A stretch of 64,000 bases of DNA, from positions 128,001-192,000 of the forward strand of contig CAWHAA010000008.1 in assembly GCA_963827275.1 (NCBI GenBank), read 5' to 3'. The notes under the pieces are model-generated. The model ran no database searches and was not told the DNA's origin. It saw only the letters and a program-made list of their open reading frames with translations. This DNA comes from an uncultured Spirochaetota bacterium. GTDB lineage: Bacteria; Spirochaetota; UBA4802; UBA5550. Positions 38,864-49,611 of the stretch are shown here, one piece after another. The translations under genes were made by a program, and so were the position numbers. Position 1 is the stretch's first letter. Each line of letters starts with the position of its first letter.

Positions 38864-39976
38864 ATGAAACAACTGCCTTTCGGGGAACAGTTTTGCACAC
38901 GGGCGCGTATCGCCGGCAGCGCGTCGGTCAGGAATGCTCCAAAGCATAAACAAACAATGCTGATAGGTGCGGCGCTGCTGGTATGCGCGGCAGTGCTGCT
39001 CGCGTCATGCAAACCCTCGCTGTCACCGGAAACAAAACGCTCTTTATTGCTGGCCATGATCGGCCAGGGAGACGTGGTCTATCATGCGGGAAACCTGCCG
39101 GTAATCATAACGGTCCCGCACGGCGGCACGGCGGCGCCGGATGACATCCCTGACCGTGTTTCGGAATGCGGGACAATCATTAACACGAATGACGATGTCA
39201 ATACCATTGACCTTGCCCTTGATATCGTGGAGGCGTTGCTGAATATTTCAGGCGGGAAATCCCCGTACGTCATCATCAACACGCTTTCGCGGCAAAAAAT
39301 TGACCAGAACAGGGGCTTCGGCGAGGATTGCAATCCGGTCAGTGGCCGGGGCGGCAGGGCGTGGCTGGATTTCCATGATCGCTTCACCGGTGAAATCGCG
39401 ATCGGCGCGGTGCTGGAGCGGTTTGGCGCGGGGCTGTATATCGACCTCCATGGAAAGCCTGACAACTACGGGGAAACGATAATGGTTGGATACAACCTGA
39501 GCGCGACCGCCCTTTCCGAAACGGACGGGATACTCAATGATCCTGTGAACGGGTACGCGGAAAAAAGCACCCTCCGGTTTTTGTCGGTGGCTGCCGGTCC
39601 GGGGATCGATTTCGCCGGATTGCTGCGCGGCAATGTAAGTGGTCATGAGAGCTTCGGATCACTGTTGCAGGAAGGGATTGACGAGCTTAATGCGAGCTAT
39701 GCCAGGGACTATACCGTTGCGCCCGGCGCCGCCATTCCGTCGCCGAACCTGCTGTTCTACATGGGCGGCGGTTACAACGTCCAGGCATTCTGCGGGGTAA
39801 CTGACAGCGATTTTGACAACCAGTACGGCTATACCGCTTCGCGCTTCATCAGCGGGTTCCAGCTCGAGGTCTGTCGTGAGATAAGGGATTCGGAGCCGCT
39901 CCGGAGGGACTTTGCGCGCAAGGTTGCGGAGGCAATTCAAGACTATCTCGACCGGCACTACGATATACAGATATAA
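38864..39976 (+). CDS. N-formylglutamate amidohydrolase-like lipoprotein (start may be ATG 38957)
   Basis: LLASC lipobox; TVPHGG, D.NT, R.KID.NR, IDLHG, GGY and FQLE motifs. Confidence 0.7.
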   Translation: MKQLPFGEQFCTRARIAGSASVRNAPKHKQTMLIGAALLVCAAVLLASCKPSLSPETKRSLLLAMIGQGDVVYHAGNLPVIITVPHGGTAAPDDIPDRVSECGTIINTNDDVNTIDLALDIVEALLNISGGKSPYVIINTLSRQKIDQNRGFGEDCNPVSGRGGRAWLDFHDRFTGEIAIGAVLERFGAGLYIDLHGKPDNYGETIMVGYNLSATALSETDGILNDPVNGYAEKSTLRFLSVAAGPGIDFAGLLRGNVSGHESFGSLLQEGIDELNASYARDYTVAPGAAIPSPNLLFYMGGGYNVQAFCGVTDSDFDNQYGYTASRFISGFQLEVCREIRDSEPLRRDFARKVAEAIQDYLDRHYDIQI

Positions 39977-40096
39977 CCGGTTGACCGGGCAGACGATGAG
40001 ATGATACGATCAGTATGGTATCTCGAAGGGACTTGAAAATAACAGGAGAATCAGCGCTTGTATCACGCTGATTCTCCCGGCAATTTGTCTGGTTGC

Positions 40097-40819
40097 TTAC
40101 TCGTTGTTGCTGTTGTTGAACGCGTCAAGCGCGTCCTTGATTGTGAGCATCCGGGATTTTCCGCAGTTGTCTATCAGGCATGCGTCCGCCGCGTCAATGG
40201 ACCCCTGAATGCTGGTATCGGCGCCCGAAAGGAGATTGAGTTTTGCCGCTATCAGGTGCTTGATCATAATGACTTTTGCGTCGCCTTTAACCGGCGTGTT
40301 CAGCATGACCAGGAGCTGGGCTTTCGTATATTCCGCATTGCCGAGCGTCAGGTATTCCACCGGCCACATCTCGGCATGGTTTTTCCAGTACCCCGGTGTC
40401 CGCGGATCAAAAGCCGGGATGCATCCGCACACCAGCGTTACGGGAGCGAGATCAAGCATGTCGCTTACTTCGCCGTTGCACATCAGGGAAAGAGTCCCGG
40501 TCACTGTATATTCACCGCAGGGCAGGTCTCCCCACTCGCCGGCGAAGGTACTATAGAAAAAGGCCTGCCATGGGCCGGGAACATCGAAGGTTCCATTAAT
40601 AACGATCGGCGCATTTGCAGAATTTTGCGACGTGAGGATTAATTCATACGCGACATCGCCCGCGCAACCATCACCGGTTATACCTGAATAGGTGATTGTA
40701 AAATAATCACAATCAACGCTAAGGCTGGTTCCCCAGTCAAATAATTGGTTTGCATGAGTGACAGCAGGAGCCGACAGGATGAATGCGAAAGCAATAAAAA
40801 TAAACAGATATTTTTTCAT
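40097..40819 (-). CDS. Secreted hypothetical protein with C-terminal TPGYWKNH domain
   Basis: Signal peptide (MKKY...THA); RTPGYWKNH...LIAAKLN...LDAFNN. Confidence 0.75.
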   Translation of the reverse strand: MKKYLFIFIAFAFILSAPAVTHANQLFDWGTSLSVDCDYFTITYSGITGDGCAGDVAYELILTSQNSANAPIVINGTFDVPGPWQAFFYSTFAGEWGDLPCGEYTVTGTLSLMCNGEVSDMLDLAPVTLVCGCIPAFDPRTPGYWKNHAEMWPVEYLTLGNAEYTKAQLLVMLNTPVKGDAKVIMIKHLIAAKLNLLSGADTSIQGSIDAADACLIDNCGKSRMLTIKDALDAFNNSNNE

Positions 40820-41142
40820 AAATATCCCCCTTTAAAATTTTGAATTTTTTGCTGGAGATAGCACAAAAAATTCAATAATTGCAATTATAATTATAACAAT
40901 AAAAACCCAACGGTTTTTATATTTTATCTATAAACTATCGTAAAAGTATAGGTGGGACTCGATTAAAAAAAAGCCCGCACGTATGAATTTTATTTATTAG
41001 CAATATAATAAAAAATAGCATTTTCAGACAAGAAAATAATTATAATTATAATAAATAATTATAATTATAATAAAAAAATGCATTATTTGAACAATTTTCT
41101 TTAAAATTATTAGTAAAGTCTGGTTTTTTATCCCGGATATAA

Positions 41143-41610
41143 CTATAGTGAAAATTTAAAGTTCACAATCCGGGGATGCACCAGGCTTTCAAAATCCTTG
41201 TACCGCATCTTAATGAGATCGGTATGGGTGCCGGCGTTAAAGACGATTTCATTGTCCTTCGTCAGCTCATCAGAGATGATCTCATCCATGCCGTACAGGT
41301 TCCCGAAGGGCGGCATGGCGCCCATCTCGCAATCGGTAAATTTTTTGACAAATTCGTTTTCTGCCGCCAGCTCCACATCCTGCGTCTGGAACAGCGCTTT
41401 GAGAAGGGAGATGTTCACTCTCTGGTTCGCGGTCATCACCACCATCACAAGCTTCCCGTCGATTTTGACGATAACAGGCTTCGCCATTTCATACCCGTGC
41501 ACATGGGCGACATGGGCAGTATTTGACGAGGAATAGGCGAGGGGATGATGAATTATCTCGTACTGGACATGGTTCTTTTCGAGGAACTCCTTTAATTTTT
41601 CTCCTTTCAT
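41143..41610 (-). CDS. YbaK/EbsC aminoacyl-tRNA deacylase family protein
   Basis: AKPVIVK, LAAE.E, CEMGAMPPFGNLY and FNAGTH motifs. Confidence 0.9.
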   Translation of the reverse strand: MKGEKLKEFLEKNHVQYEIIHHPLAYSSSNTAHVAHVHGYEMAKPVIVKIDGKLVMVVMTANQRVNISLLKALFQTQDVELAAENEFVKKFTDCEMGAMPPFGNLYGMDEIISDELTKDNEIVFNAGTHTDLIKMRYKDFESLVHPRIVNFKFSL

Positions 41611-41801
41611 GACGTGCCTCCCGGTCTGACCGTTGTATCCATAAGGTATGATAATTGCCACACAGAGTCAAAATTAATTTCATTCATGTCCCGTCATTAT
41701 TTGCAATGCCGGGAATTATTAATTATACTGATTATGCCCGTTCGAATCCATTGCGTTCTCAGGTGCCCAAAAAAAAATATAAAATCTTCAGGAGGCTGTA
41801 C

Positions 41802-42170
41802 ATGAAGGGAGCTGTTTCATTTGTCATGCTTGAAAAAAAGATGATGCACGAGATGAGAAATGAGATAAATAAAGCGGAAGATACAGCGGATTTGCTGAAG
41901 CAATTTTCAAATAGCATGAAGCGTCTCCTCGCCGATGTTTTTGAGCAGCAGCATCTCCCGGTCAACGTTAACGATGGTGATGTCATATTTGACCCGGATG
42001 AGGGGAGCTATTACAGGATCAGCGAAGAGTTAAGAGGGTCTGACGGTGTCAGGGAGCTTTTTGATTCTTCGGACCTGACAAGCATTATCCGTAAGTTCGC
42101 CGCCTCGGTCCACCGGAAGTATCTCCATCTCACGAGGCACAGGGAAAAGGCGCGGTTTAAAATCCGGTAA
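41802..42170 (+). CDS. Hypothetical protein
   Basis: GGAGG RBS before ATG 41802; 122 aa. Confidence 0.65.
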   Translation: MKGAVSFVMLEKKMMHEMRNEINKAEDTADLLKQFSNSMKRLLADVFEQQHLPVNVNDGDVIFDPDEGSYYRISEELRGSDGVRELFDSSDLTSIIRKFAASVHRKYLHLTRHREKARFKIR

Positions 42171-42309
42171 CTGCGTTCCCGGGCTTTCGGCTGACACGGC
42201 CACCGGCCGGCGAGAGGGCCCATTTTATTATTTACAAAAAACATGCCGGCCGTATTAATAGGCGCGATGATTCAGTGTTAATAAAAAAAAGTCGTGCGTG
42301 GTACATCAA

Positions 42310-43356
42310 ATGAACTTTACACCAAACGGAGCGGCGACGGTAATAGGGAGCTTCCCCCATACCAGCCCGGAAGACGCCTGCGGGCTTGTATTTGATACCC
42401 TGCGGGAGATTCCCGCGTGGCCGCAGCTGCCGAGAAGGGATTTCCTGGAAGACATGAACGTCCAGTTCAGCGGGCGTCTTCCCTGCTTCTCGGTTGACAT
42501 GGTGAACCGGAAGGCAGGGTTCGACACCTCGCGCGATCTGGCGGGGGAGCTGGAGCGTTTTTATACCAAAATCATAGAAGACGATGTGGCATATTTCGGC
42601 CTCGATGACAAGCACGCCGCCGGGTTCGGCCGGTTCATGGCGGAGGTGCGCGGCGGCAGGGCGCAGGGCGCTTTCGCCCTCAAGGGGGAGACGTCCGGCC
42701 CCCTGACCCTGGGGCTTATGACGGACGCCACGGACGGCAAGTACGCCCTGTATAAACCCGACCTCTTCGACGCCATCGTTAAAAGCTGCGCCATGAACGC
42801 CCGGTGGCAGGCGCAAAAACTCAGGGAGCTTTCTGGGCGCGCGATCGTTTTCTTCGACGAGCCGTCCCTGTCCATAATCGGCTCCGGATTTTATTCGGTC
42901 GATAAAGCGCAGATCGCCGGCTCATTCAAGGAGATCATCGGCGGTATCCATGCCGGGGGCGGATATGCCGGCACCCACTGCTGCGGCAATGCGGACTGGG
43001 ATGAGCTGCTTGACCCGGACCTTGACCTTGATATCATCAACTTCGACGCGACGGACGATATCATCGTGGACAAGTTCGTGAACGCGCGGAACCTGCTCCC
43101 CTATCTTGAAAGGGGGAAATGCATTGCCTGGGGCGTGGTCCCCACCCTTAAGGACAAGATCGAAGCCGCCACGCCGGAAAGCGTCGGGAAAAATTTTCAC
43201 GCGGTTGTTGCGCGGCTGGTGGACAGAGGGGTGCGGGAAGAGCTTGTGCGCGGGCAGTCGATAATAACGCCCAGCTGCGGCACGGGGACGCTCCCGGTCG
43301 CGCTCGCGGAAAAGGTCATGTCATTGCTGGCCGGGCTTTCGCGCGCGCTGAAATAA
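42310..43356 (+). CDS. Core (MetE C-terminal-like) methionine synthase family protein
   Basis: IGSFPH, WPQLP, KG..SGPLT, FDEPSL; Zn ligands HCC and TPSCG. Confidence 0.8.
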   Translation: MNFTPNGAATVIGSFPHTSPEDACGLVFDTLREIPAWPQLPRRDFLEDMNVQFSGRLPCFSVDMVNRKAGFDTSRDLAGELERFYTKIIEDDVAYFGLDDKHAAGFGRFMAEVRGGRAQGAFALKGETSGPLTLGLMTDATDGKYALYKPDLFDAIVKSCAMNARWQAQKLRELSGRAIVFFDEPSLSIIGSGFYSVDKAQIAGSFKEIIGGIHAGGGYAGTHCCGNADWDELLDPDLDLDIINFDATDDIIVDKFVNARNLLPYLERGKCIAWGVVPTLKDKIEAATPESVGKNFHAVVARLVDRGVREELVRGQSIITPSCGTGTLPVALAEKVMSLLAGLSRALK

Positions 43357-43734
43357 TCATGTCTTCGAACGATGGATAAACGCCTTGGCGTCGTCGAGGG
43401 TGTGGAACACTGCCATGTAGTTGAACATCTCCGGGTGCTCTATCATTATCTTTTGCAGAAAATCCTCCGTCATCACCATCACCAGGTATCCCTTGATTTT
43501 TTTCATTATGGCCATGGATTTCATCAGGATGCCGATCGCCGGGTCGCTGATCTCGGTGACTGAGGCGGCGTCCATGATGAAGTAGTTGTATTCCTGGAGC
43601 CCTTTCTCGGTGCTTGCGGCGGCGTATATGGCGGACGCGGTATCCTTGTCGACCCTGTCCACGTTGAGCTTGAAATGCAATATGTCCTCATCCGGCAGGT
43701 AGGTATACGTATAGAGTGCAGAGCCGTTTCCCAT
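43357..43734 (-). CDS. STAS-like (anti-sigma antagonist) protein
   Basis: FIMDAASVTEISDPAIGILM...GYLVMV...F.TLDDA pattern; GGAGG RBS. Confidence 0.65.
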   Translation of the reverse strand: MGNGSALYTYTYLPDEDILHFKLNVDRVDKDTASAIYAAASTEKGLQEYNYFIMDAASVTEISDPAIGILMKSMAIMKKIKGYLVMVMTEDFLQKIMIEHPEMFNYMAVFHTLDDAKAFIHRSKT

Positions 43735-43815
43735 GACGCCTCCTGTGGTATGCATATCCCCTGTTTCTATCTATAAGAATCGGACAGTCCTGTCAATTGT
43801 TTATTTTAATACGGA

Positions 43816-45642
43816 TCATCTCCGAAGGGTGCCTTCAAGGGCGATCAGCCGGTCCACCAGTCCGCTGAAATGGCTGATGGCGCCTGCGATCGGGCCGGGG
43901 CTGGACATGTCCACGCCTGCAGCGCGGAGCTCGTCCAGCGGGAACATGCTGCCGCCGAGGCCGAGGAAGCCCAGGTAGGCGTTCCGCGCTGCGGTATTGT
44001 CCCCGGTCACCCCGAGGGCAAGGGCGATGGCGGCCGAGATGCCGGTGGCATACTTGTACACATAGAACGGGGAATAGAAATGGGGGATCCTGAGGCACTC
44101 CAGGGTCAGCTCTTCGTCCAGGGCGAGGTGCCCGCCGAAGTAGGCCTCCAGCAGGCCGCGGTAGAGGCCGCGCATCACCTCGAGGGTGAGGGCCCTGTTC
44201 TCTTCCACGGCCCGGTGCGTGAGCGTCTCGAATTCGGCGAACATGGTCTGCCTGAACAGGGTCCCGCGGATGTTGTCGATTTCGCGGTTGAGGATGTACG
44301 CCTTCATCGCCGGGTCTCCCTCGTAGCGGCGCAGGAGGTGGGTGCTCAGGAGGGTCTCGTTGAAGGTGGAGGCCACCTCGGCCACGAAGATCGTATAGTC
44401 GTGGTACACGTAGGGCTGGCGCCGGTTAGAGTGCCAGGAGTGCATCGAGTGCCCCGCCTCGTGTATCAGGGTGTACAGGCTGTTTATGTTGTCGTCCCGG
44501 TAATTGGTCAGTATGTAGGGCGGGGAGTCATAGCAGCCGGAAGAATAGGCGCCGCTCCGCTTGCCCCTGTTTTCATACCGGTCCACCCATCCCCCCATGA
44601 GGCCCTTGCCCATGGTCCCGGTGTATTCATCGCCGAGAACGGCGAGGGCTGCAACGCACGTCTCCACCGCCTCCTCGTAGGGCATGGAAAAGGATATGTT
44701 GTTCACGATGGGAACATAGGTGTCATAGAAATGGAGCTCGTCAAGTCCCAGGACCCGTTTGCGGAAATCGAGATACCGGAAGAGGGGCGACAGGTTGTTT
44801 TTGACCGTGGACACGAGATTATCATAGACTTCGTCCGGGACATTGTCGGCAAAGAGGCCGGAGCGGCGGCAATTGTCAAACCTGCGCACCCGTGAATAGA
44901 AGCAGTCGCGCTTGTTGGAGTAATTCAGTGCGGCGGCGATTGTGTTCCTGTGGCTGTCATAGGCCCGGTAGTACTGGAAAAAGGCCCGCTTCCTGGTTTC
45001 GCGGTCCTGTGACAGGAGGAAGGTGCTGAAATTGCCGTGTGAGAGCTCGACCTCCCTGCCCGTTTCGTCGGTGATCGTTCCGAACGTCAGGTCGGCATTG
45101 TCAAGCTGGCTGAATATCTCTGACGGCGCGTGGCCCAGCTCCCCCGCCATGGCGAGGACCTGCTCGATCTCGATCGAGAGGGTGTGGGGCCGGTAGCGCA
45201 GTATCTTGTCGAGATAGAACCGGTAGCCAAGGAGCCCCGGGTCGCGCAGGAGGCCCTCCATCGTCCCTTCCGGGATCGACTGGATCTCCGGCGTGATGAA
45301 GCTGGAAAGCTCGGAGGCCCGGGTGTAAAGGCTCATCGCCCGCTGATAGAGCCCCTGGTACCGCTGGTTGGCCTTGTCCTCGTCGCTCTTTAGATGCGCG
45401 TAGGTAAAGAGTCTTTCCAGTTTCCTTGAGGTTTCCAGGTCGAATTCGAGCGCTTCCCTGAAAAGGGACGCGGACTCCGCAAGGCGTCCGCGGTAGGCCC
45501 CATAGCGGGGGAGCAGGCCCTCGATCTCCGTGAACAGCGCCTCCCAGGCTTCGTCGGAGGGGAAGAGGGGCGCGAGGTCCCAGCGGTCCTTCTCCGGAAC
45601 GCTGCTCCGCGCGGGGATTGTTCCGTCAGGGGCGGGCTTCAT
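43816..45642 (-). CDS. pepF: Oligoendopeptidase F (M3B)
   Basis: WDL..LF, GKRSGAYS, HEAGHSMH zinc motif, AEVAST.NE, FRQTMFAEFE and PHFY..FYVYKYATG; start overlaps the nitroreductase stop. Confidence 0.93.
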   Translation of the reverse strand: MKPAPDGTIPARSSVPEKDRWDLAPLFPSDEAWEALFTEIEGLLPRYGAYRGRLAESASLFREALEFDLETSRKLERLFTYAHLKSDEDKANQRYQGLYQRAMSLYTRASELSSFITPEIQSIPEGTMEGLLRDPGLLGYRFYLDKILRYRPHTLSIEIEQVLAMAGELGHAPSEIFSQLDNADLTFGTITDETGREVELSHGNFSTFLLSQDRETRKRAFFQYYRAYDSHRNTIAAALNYSNKRDCFYSRVRRFDNCRRSGLFADNVPDEVYDNLVSTVKNNLSPLFRYLDFRKRVLGLDELHFYDTYVPIVNNISFSMPYEEAVETCVAALAVLGDEYTGTMGKGLMGGWVDRYENRGKRSGAYSSGCYDSPPYILTNYRDDNINSLYTLIHEAGHSMHSWHSNRRQPYVYHDYTIFVAEVASTFNETLLSTHLLRRYEGDPAMKAYILNREIDNIRGTLFRQTMFAEFETLTHRAVEENRALTLEVMRGLYRGLLEAYFGGHLALDEELTLECLRIPHFYSPFYVYKYATGISAAIALALGVTGDNTAARNAYLGFLGLGGSMFPLDELRAAGVDMSSPGPIAGAISHFSGLVDRLIALEGTLRR

Positions 45643-46208
45643 CAGTATAACTTGCCGTACTGCTCGCCGAATGTGTCGAGGTGGACGAAGGCCTTCATCT
45701 CCTTGCGCGACGGGCCCTTCCCGCCGGGCGCCGCCGGCCTGCCGATGGGGATGGCGGCCACCACCTCGTACCCGTCGGGCACCAGGAGGAGACGGGCGCA
45801 TGCGTCATGGTCCAGGTTTCCCACCACGACGGTGCCCAGCCCCAGTTCATGGGCGCGCAGGCACAGGTTCTGCGCCGCCATGCCCAGGTCGAACATGAAC
45901 CATTCGTGAAACTTGGTGCGCTCCCTCCCTTCCTTGCATCCTGACACCATTGCCCTGGCGCACATGACGATGATCGCCGACGCGGACATCGAGCCGGAGC
46001 GCGCCGGGTTGGTTTCCGAGTAGGTTTGGGTGACCTGCTGTATCAGCTCGCGGTCGCGCACCACGATGAATTCCCAGACCTGGGTGTTGGCCCAGGAAGG
46101 AGCGAGGCGGGCCGCGCCGATCACCTCGCGCAGCTCCTCGTCGGTGACCATGTGGTCCGAGTATTTTCTGACGGACCTCCTGTTCGTGATCGCATCCATG
46201 AGCTCCAT
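45642..46208 (-). CDS. Nitroreductase family protein
   Basis: RRSVRKY, APSWANTQ.WEFIVV and AAQNLCL.A..LGLGT. Confidence 0.92.
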   Translation of the reverse strand: MELMDAITNRRSVRKYSDHMVTDEELREVIGAARLAPSWANTQVWEFIVVRDRELIQQVTQTYSETNPARSGSMSASAIIVMCARAMVSGCKEGRERTKFHEWFMFDLGMAAQNLCLRAHELGLGTVVVGNLDHDACARLLLVPDGYEVVAAIPIGRPAAPGGKGPSRKEMKAFVHLDTFGEQYGKLY

Positions 46209-46228
46209 TTTCGTCCTCCTCTGCGTTT

Positions 46229-46888
46229 TCAGGCGCCCGTTTTTGATTTCATCAGGGCGATCGGGATGAACTGCGACCTGCCGAAGTCGGATTTTTTGAG
46301 CACTTCAAGTTTCACCTTCACCGACATGTCGGTGAAGTGCGGATGTCGGAAGTGGAGCGTGAACGGGATTTTCGGCCCTTTCCCCATCTTTGCCGGGGAG
46401 TATTTCGGCCAGAAGTGAAAGCGGCCCTTGGTGGACGAGGTGGTGACATAGGGGTTCTCCCAGTCGGTATCAACCATCCCCGCCCGGGAGGTGCCGAACA
46501 TCAGCGATACTTCCACGCCGGGAATTATCGCGAGGGTGGATTCTTCGAGCACCTGGCCGATGATATGGGGCAGCAGGGAGCTCTTTTCAAGGCGCGTCCT
46601 CTCCGCCTGGTCTTCATCATTGCCGTTGCCGGTCACGATCCTGCTGATTGCCTCGTAGATGAGCATGAGGATGTCGACCTGCTCCTGTACCCTGTACTTC
46701 GTGTCAAGCGCCCCGTACAGGAGGCCGCGCTCGCTGGTCACGTATCGCGGCGGCACCCTGTTCAAAACATACGCGATAATGCCGTCCTTCTGGTGCTCTG
46801 ATATGCCCCGGTTCCCTTCTTTCTTTAATACTTCATCGAGAATGTTGATGACGATGTCCTGCATTAAATTTTTTGCCGGCATTGACAT
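46229..46888 (-). CDS. ComFB-domain protein with C-terminal beta-sandwich
   Basis: KNLMQDIV...AYVLNRVPPRYV motif. Confidence 0.8.
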   Translation of the reverse strand: MSMPAKNLMQDIVINILDEVLKKEGNRGISEHQKDGIIAYVLNRVPPRYVTSERGLLYGALDTKYRVQEQVDILMLIYEAISRIVTGNGNDEDQAERTRLEKSSLLPHIIGQVLEESTLAIIPGVEVSLMFGTSRAGMVDTDWENPYVTTSSTKGRFHFWPKYSPAKMGKGPKIPFTLHFRHPHFTDMSVKVKLEVLKKSDFGRSQFIPIALMKSKTGA

Positions 46889-46895
46889 GCTCCAT

Positions 46896-49337
46896 TTATT
46901 TTGTGGTGTGTTTCCCCTTTTTGTTTACGGTCTTGAACGCGATGGTGATGACTTCCTCGACCTGATCGACAAGGTGAAAGCTCATCCCCTTCTTGATATA
47001 GGCGGGGATGTCGTCAAGGTCCTTCCTGTTTTCCCGCGGGATGATGATCTCTTTCAGGTTCGCCTTTTTCGCGGCGATGATCTTCTCCTTGATGCCGCCG
47101 ACCGGGAAGACGCGCCCGGTAAGGGTCAGCTCGCCGGTCATGGCCAGGCCCGGCTTGATCTTTTTATCGGTGGCCATGGAATAGAGCGAGGTCGCCATGG
47201 TGATGCCGGCAGACGGCCCGTCCTTGGGGGTGGCGCCCGCCGGCACGTGGAGGTGGATCATGTTGTTGCTGAAGACCTTCGCCGTCTCGCCGCGATCTTT
47301 CAGGAGGTGCTGCACGTAGCTGTAGGCGATGTTGGCGGACTCGCTCATGACGTCGCCGAGCTGTCCCGTCAGCTTCAACCCTCCCCCTTTCCTGTTGGTG
47401 ATGCCGATCGATTCGACCACCAGCGTTGCGCCGCCATAGGGGGTCCAGGCGAGGCCGATGGCGAGGCCCGACCGCGTGATCCGGATCAGGGAATCGTCAG
47501 CGTAGAGCTCCGTGCCCAGGTAGTTCCGGAGCGTTTTCGGGCTCAGAACGCCGGAGGAGCGCCTCCTGCTCTTTGCGACCGTCGTGGCGGTCTTGCGGCA
47601 TATCTTTTCGATCTGACGCTCCAGGTTGCGCACCCCCGCTTCACGTGCGTAATTGTTGATGATGTACATGAACCCCTTCTTGTCGATATTGATGCTCCCT
47701 TTCTTCAGGCCGTGCTGCTCGAGCTGCTTGGGAAGAAGGTAGCGCCGCGCTATCTCGTATTTTTCATTGGCAATGTAGCCGGCAAGCCGTATGATCTCCA
47801 TACGGTCGGCGAGGACCTGGGGAATGGTGTCGATGGTGTTCGCCGTGGTGATGAAGAGGACGTCCGACAGGTTGAAGGGGGCGTCGATATAGTAGTCGCG
47901 GAACTCGGCGTTCTGCTCGGGATCGAGCACTTCGAGGAGCGCCGATGCCGGGTCGCCCTGGAAGCTCTGGCCCAGCTTGTCTATCTCATCGAGCATGAAC
48001 ACGGGGTTCCGGTACTTGCATATCTTCAGGCCCTGTATGATCTTCCCCGGCATGGCCCCCACGTAGGTCCGCCGGTGGCCCTTGATCTCCGCCTCGTCGC
48101 GCATGCCGCCCAGAGAAATCCGGAAAAATTTTCTGTTCAGGGCGCGCGCGATCGACTTGCCGAGCGATGTCTTTCCCACCCCCGGGGGGCCCACCAGACA
48201 GATGATGGAGCCCTTGCCGTCGGGCTTCAGCTTCTTGACCGCCAGGAACTCGAGTATCCGTTTCTTGACGTCGTCGAGGCCGTAGTGGTCTCGGTTCAGT
48301 ATCCGTTCCGCCCTGGCCAGGTCTATGGCATCGACGGTCTTGCTGTTCCAGGGAAGGGAGAGGACCATGTCAATATAGTTGCGGGTGACCGCGTATTCGG
48401 AGGACGCGGTGTCCATCATCGATATCTTTCCTACCTCTTCCTCTATCTTTTCCTTTATTTCCCCCTCCAGCTTCAGCTCGCCCATCTTTTTGCGGAGGTC
48501 TTTTATTTCGCGGGAGCGTTCGTCGTCTTCGATGCCCAGCTCCAGCTTGATCGCCTTCAACTGCTCCCGGAGGAAGAAGTCGCGCTGCTGCTTGTCGATC
48601 TTTTCGTTGATGTTTCCCTGTATCCTCCTCTGGACCGAGAGCACCTCGATCTCCCGGTGGAGGAGCCCGAGCACCTTCTGGAGCCTTTTCTTCACGCTCA
48701 TGGTCTCCAGGATGTCCTGGTACTCATGCTTTTCGATGTTGAGGATCGAGGTGACGAAGTCGGCGATCTTCCCCGGCTCGTCCACGTTCAGCATGGTCAG
48801 CTTCATCTCCTCCGTGAAGAGGGGGTTGTTGTCCGAGAGTATCTTGAGCTTGCTCAGGACCTCGCGGGTCAGCGCCTTGAACTCGATGTCTTTTTTGTCG
48901 GCGAGGGTGTCGCTGAGGTATTCCACCTCCGCGACGATGTACGGCTCGTTGGAGACAATGCGCTTGACGCGGAAGCGCCTGATGCTGTTGATCAGGACAT
49001 TCAGCCCGCCGTCGGGCAGGTTGATCCGCTTCAGGATTTTCGCGGCGGTGCCGACGCCGTACAGGTCCGCGGCCGAGATTTCGTCCTTGTTGTCGTCCTT
49101 TATCAGGACAAGGCCGATGGTCCTGGTTTCCTGAATGGTCTTGTCGATGACCTCGGTAAAGCGGCCGTGCGAAATGATCAGTGGAGTAATGATCCCCGGA
49201 AATATGGGCCGGTATCTGATCGGAATTATGTACAGCTTGTGCGGCAGGACCTGGTCAATGGAAACCAGGTCGCTTTCGAGCAGCTCTGTGTCGATTGATA
49301 TATCGTTCTTGTCCAGAAGAATGTCGTCAAGATCCAT
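46896..49337 (-). CDS. lon: Lon protease (endopeptidase La)
   Basis: [36 protein letters not shown] and catalytic PKDGPSAG...K. Confidence 0.97.
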   Translation of the reverse strand: MDLDDILLDKNDISIDTELLESDLVSIDQVLPHKLYIIPIRYRPIFPGIITPLIISHGRFTEVIDKTIQETRTIGLVLIKDDNKDEISAADLYGVGTAAKILKRINLPDGGLNVLINSIRRFRVKRIVSNEPYIVAEVEYLSDTLADKKDIEFKALTREVLSKLKILSDNNPLFTEEMKLTMLNVDEPGKIADFVTSILNIEKHEYQDILETMSVKKRLQKVLGLLHREIEVLSVQRRIQGNINEKIDKQQRDFFLREQLKAIKLELGIEDDERSREIKDLRKKMGELKLEGEIKEKIEEEVGKISMMDTASSEYAVTRNYIDMVLSLPWNSKTVDAIDLARAERILNRDHYGLDDVKKRILEFLAVKKLKPDGKGSIICLVGPPGVGKTSLGKSIARALNRKFFRISLGGMRDEAEIKGHRRTYVGAMPGKIIQGLKICKYRNPVFMLDEIDKLGQSFQGDPASALLEVLDPEQNAEFRDYYIDAPFNLSDVLFITTANTIDTIPQVLADRMEIIRLAGYIANEKYEIARRYLLPKQLEQHGLKKGSINIDKKGFMYIINNYAREAGVRNLERQIEKICRKTATTVAKSRRRSSGVLSPKTLRNYLGTELYADDSLIRITRSGLAIGLAWTPYGGATLVVESIGITNRKGGGLKLTGQLGDVMSESANIAYSYVQHLLKDRGETAKVFSNNMIHLHVPAGATPKDGPSAGITMATSLYSMATDKKIKPGLAMTGELTLTGRVFPVGGIKEKIIAAKKANLKEIIIPRENRKDLDDIPAYIKKGMSFHLVDQVEEVITIAFKTVNKKGKHTTK

Positions 49338-49611
49338 GATGCCTCTATGATGAATCGGTTATAGTGTTCTATGGAAACGCCGGGTGTTCAGGGTAAATAT
49401 TTCTCGTGCCGTATCCTATCTCCAGATTAACTTTAATTAAAACGGCGATATTTGTCAATAAAATAGTAGGAGGACGCCGCAGCGGGCGGGCGCCATGCGC
49501 GCGGCCGGCACGGGTTCCTCCGACATAATCTCATAAAAAGTTGACGATTTTACAGAAATTATGCTGGAGGATATCCCCCGCGTCTGGTTTCATGCCGTAT
49601 CGAGTGAAACA

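Noticed and set aside
46659..49298. 879-aa ORF antisense to lon, and similar shadow ORFs such as 6451..7539, 43870..44895 and 50329..51348
   Set aside because: Antisense mirror frames expected from high GC3 codon bias; no recognisable motifs.
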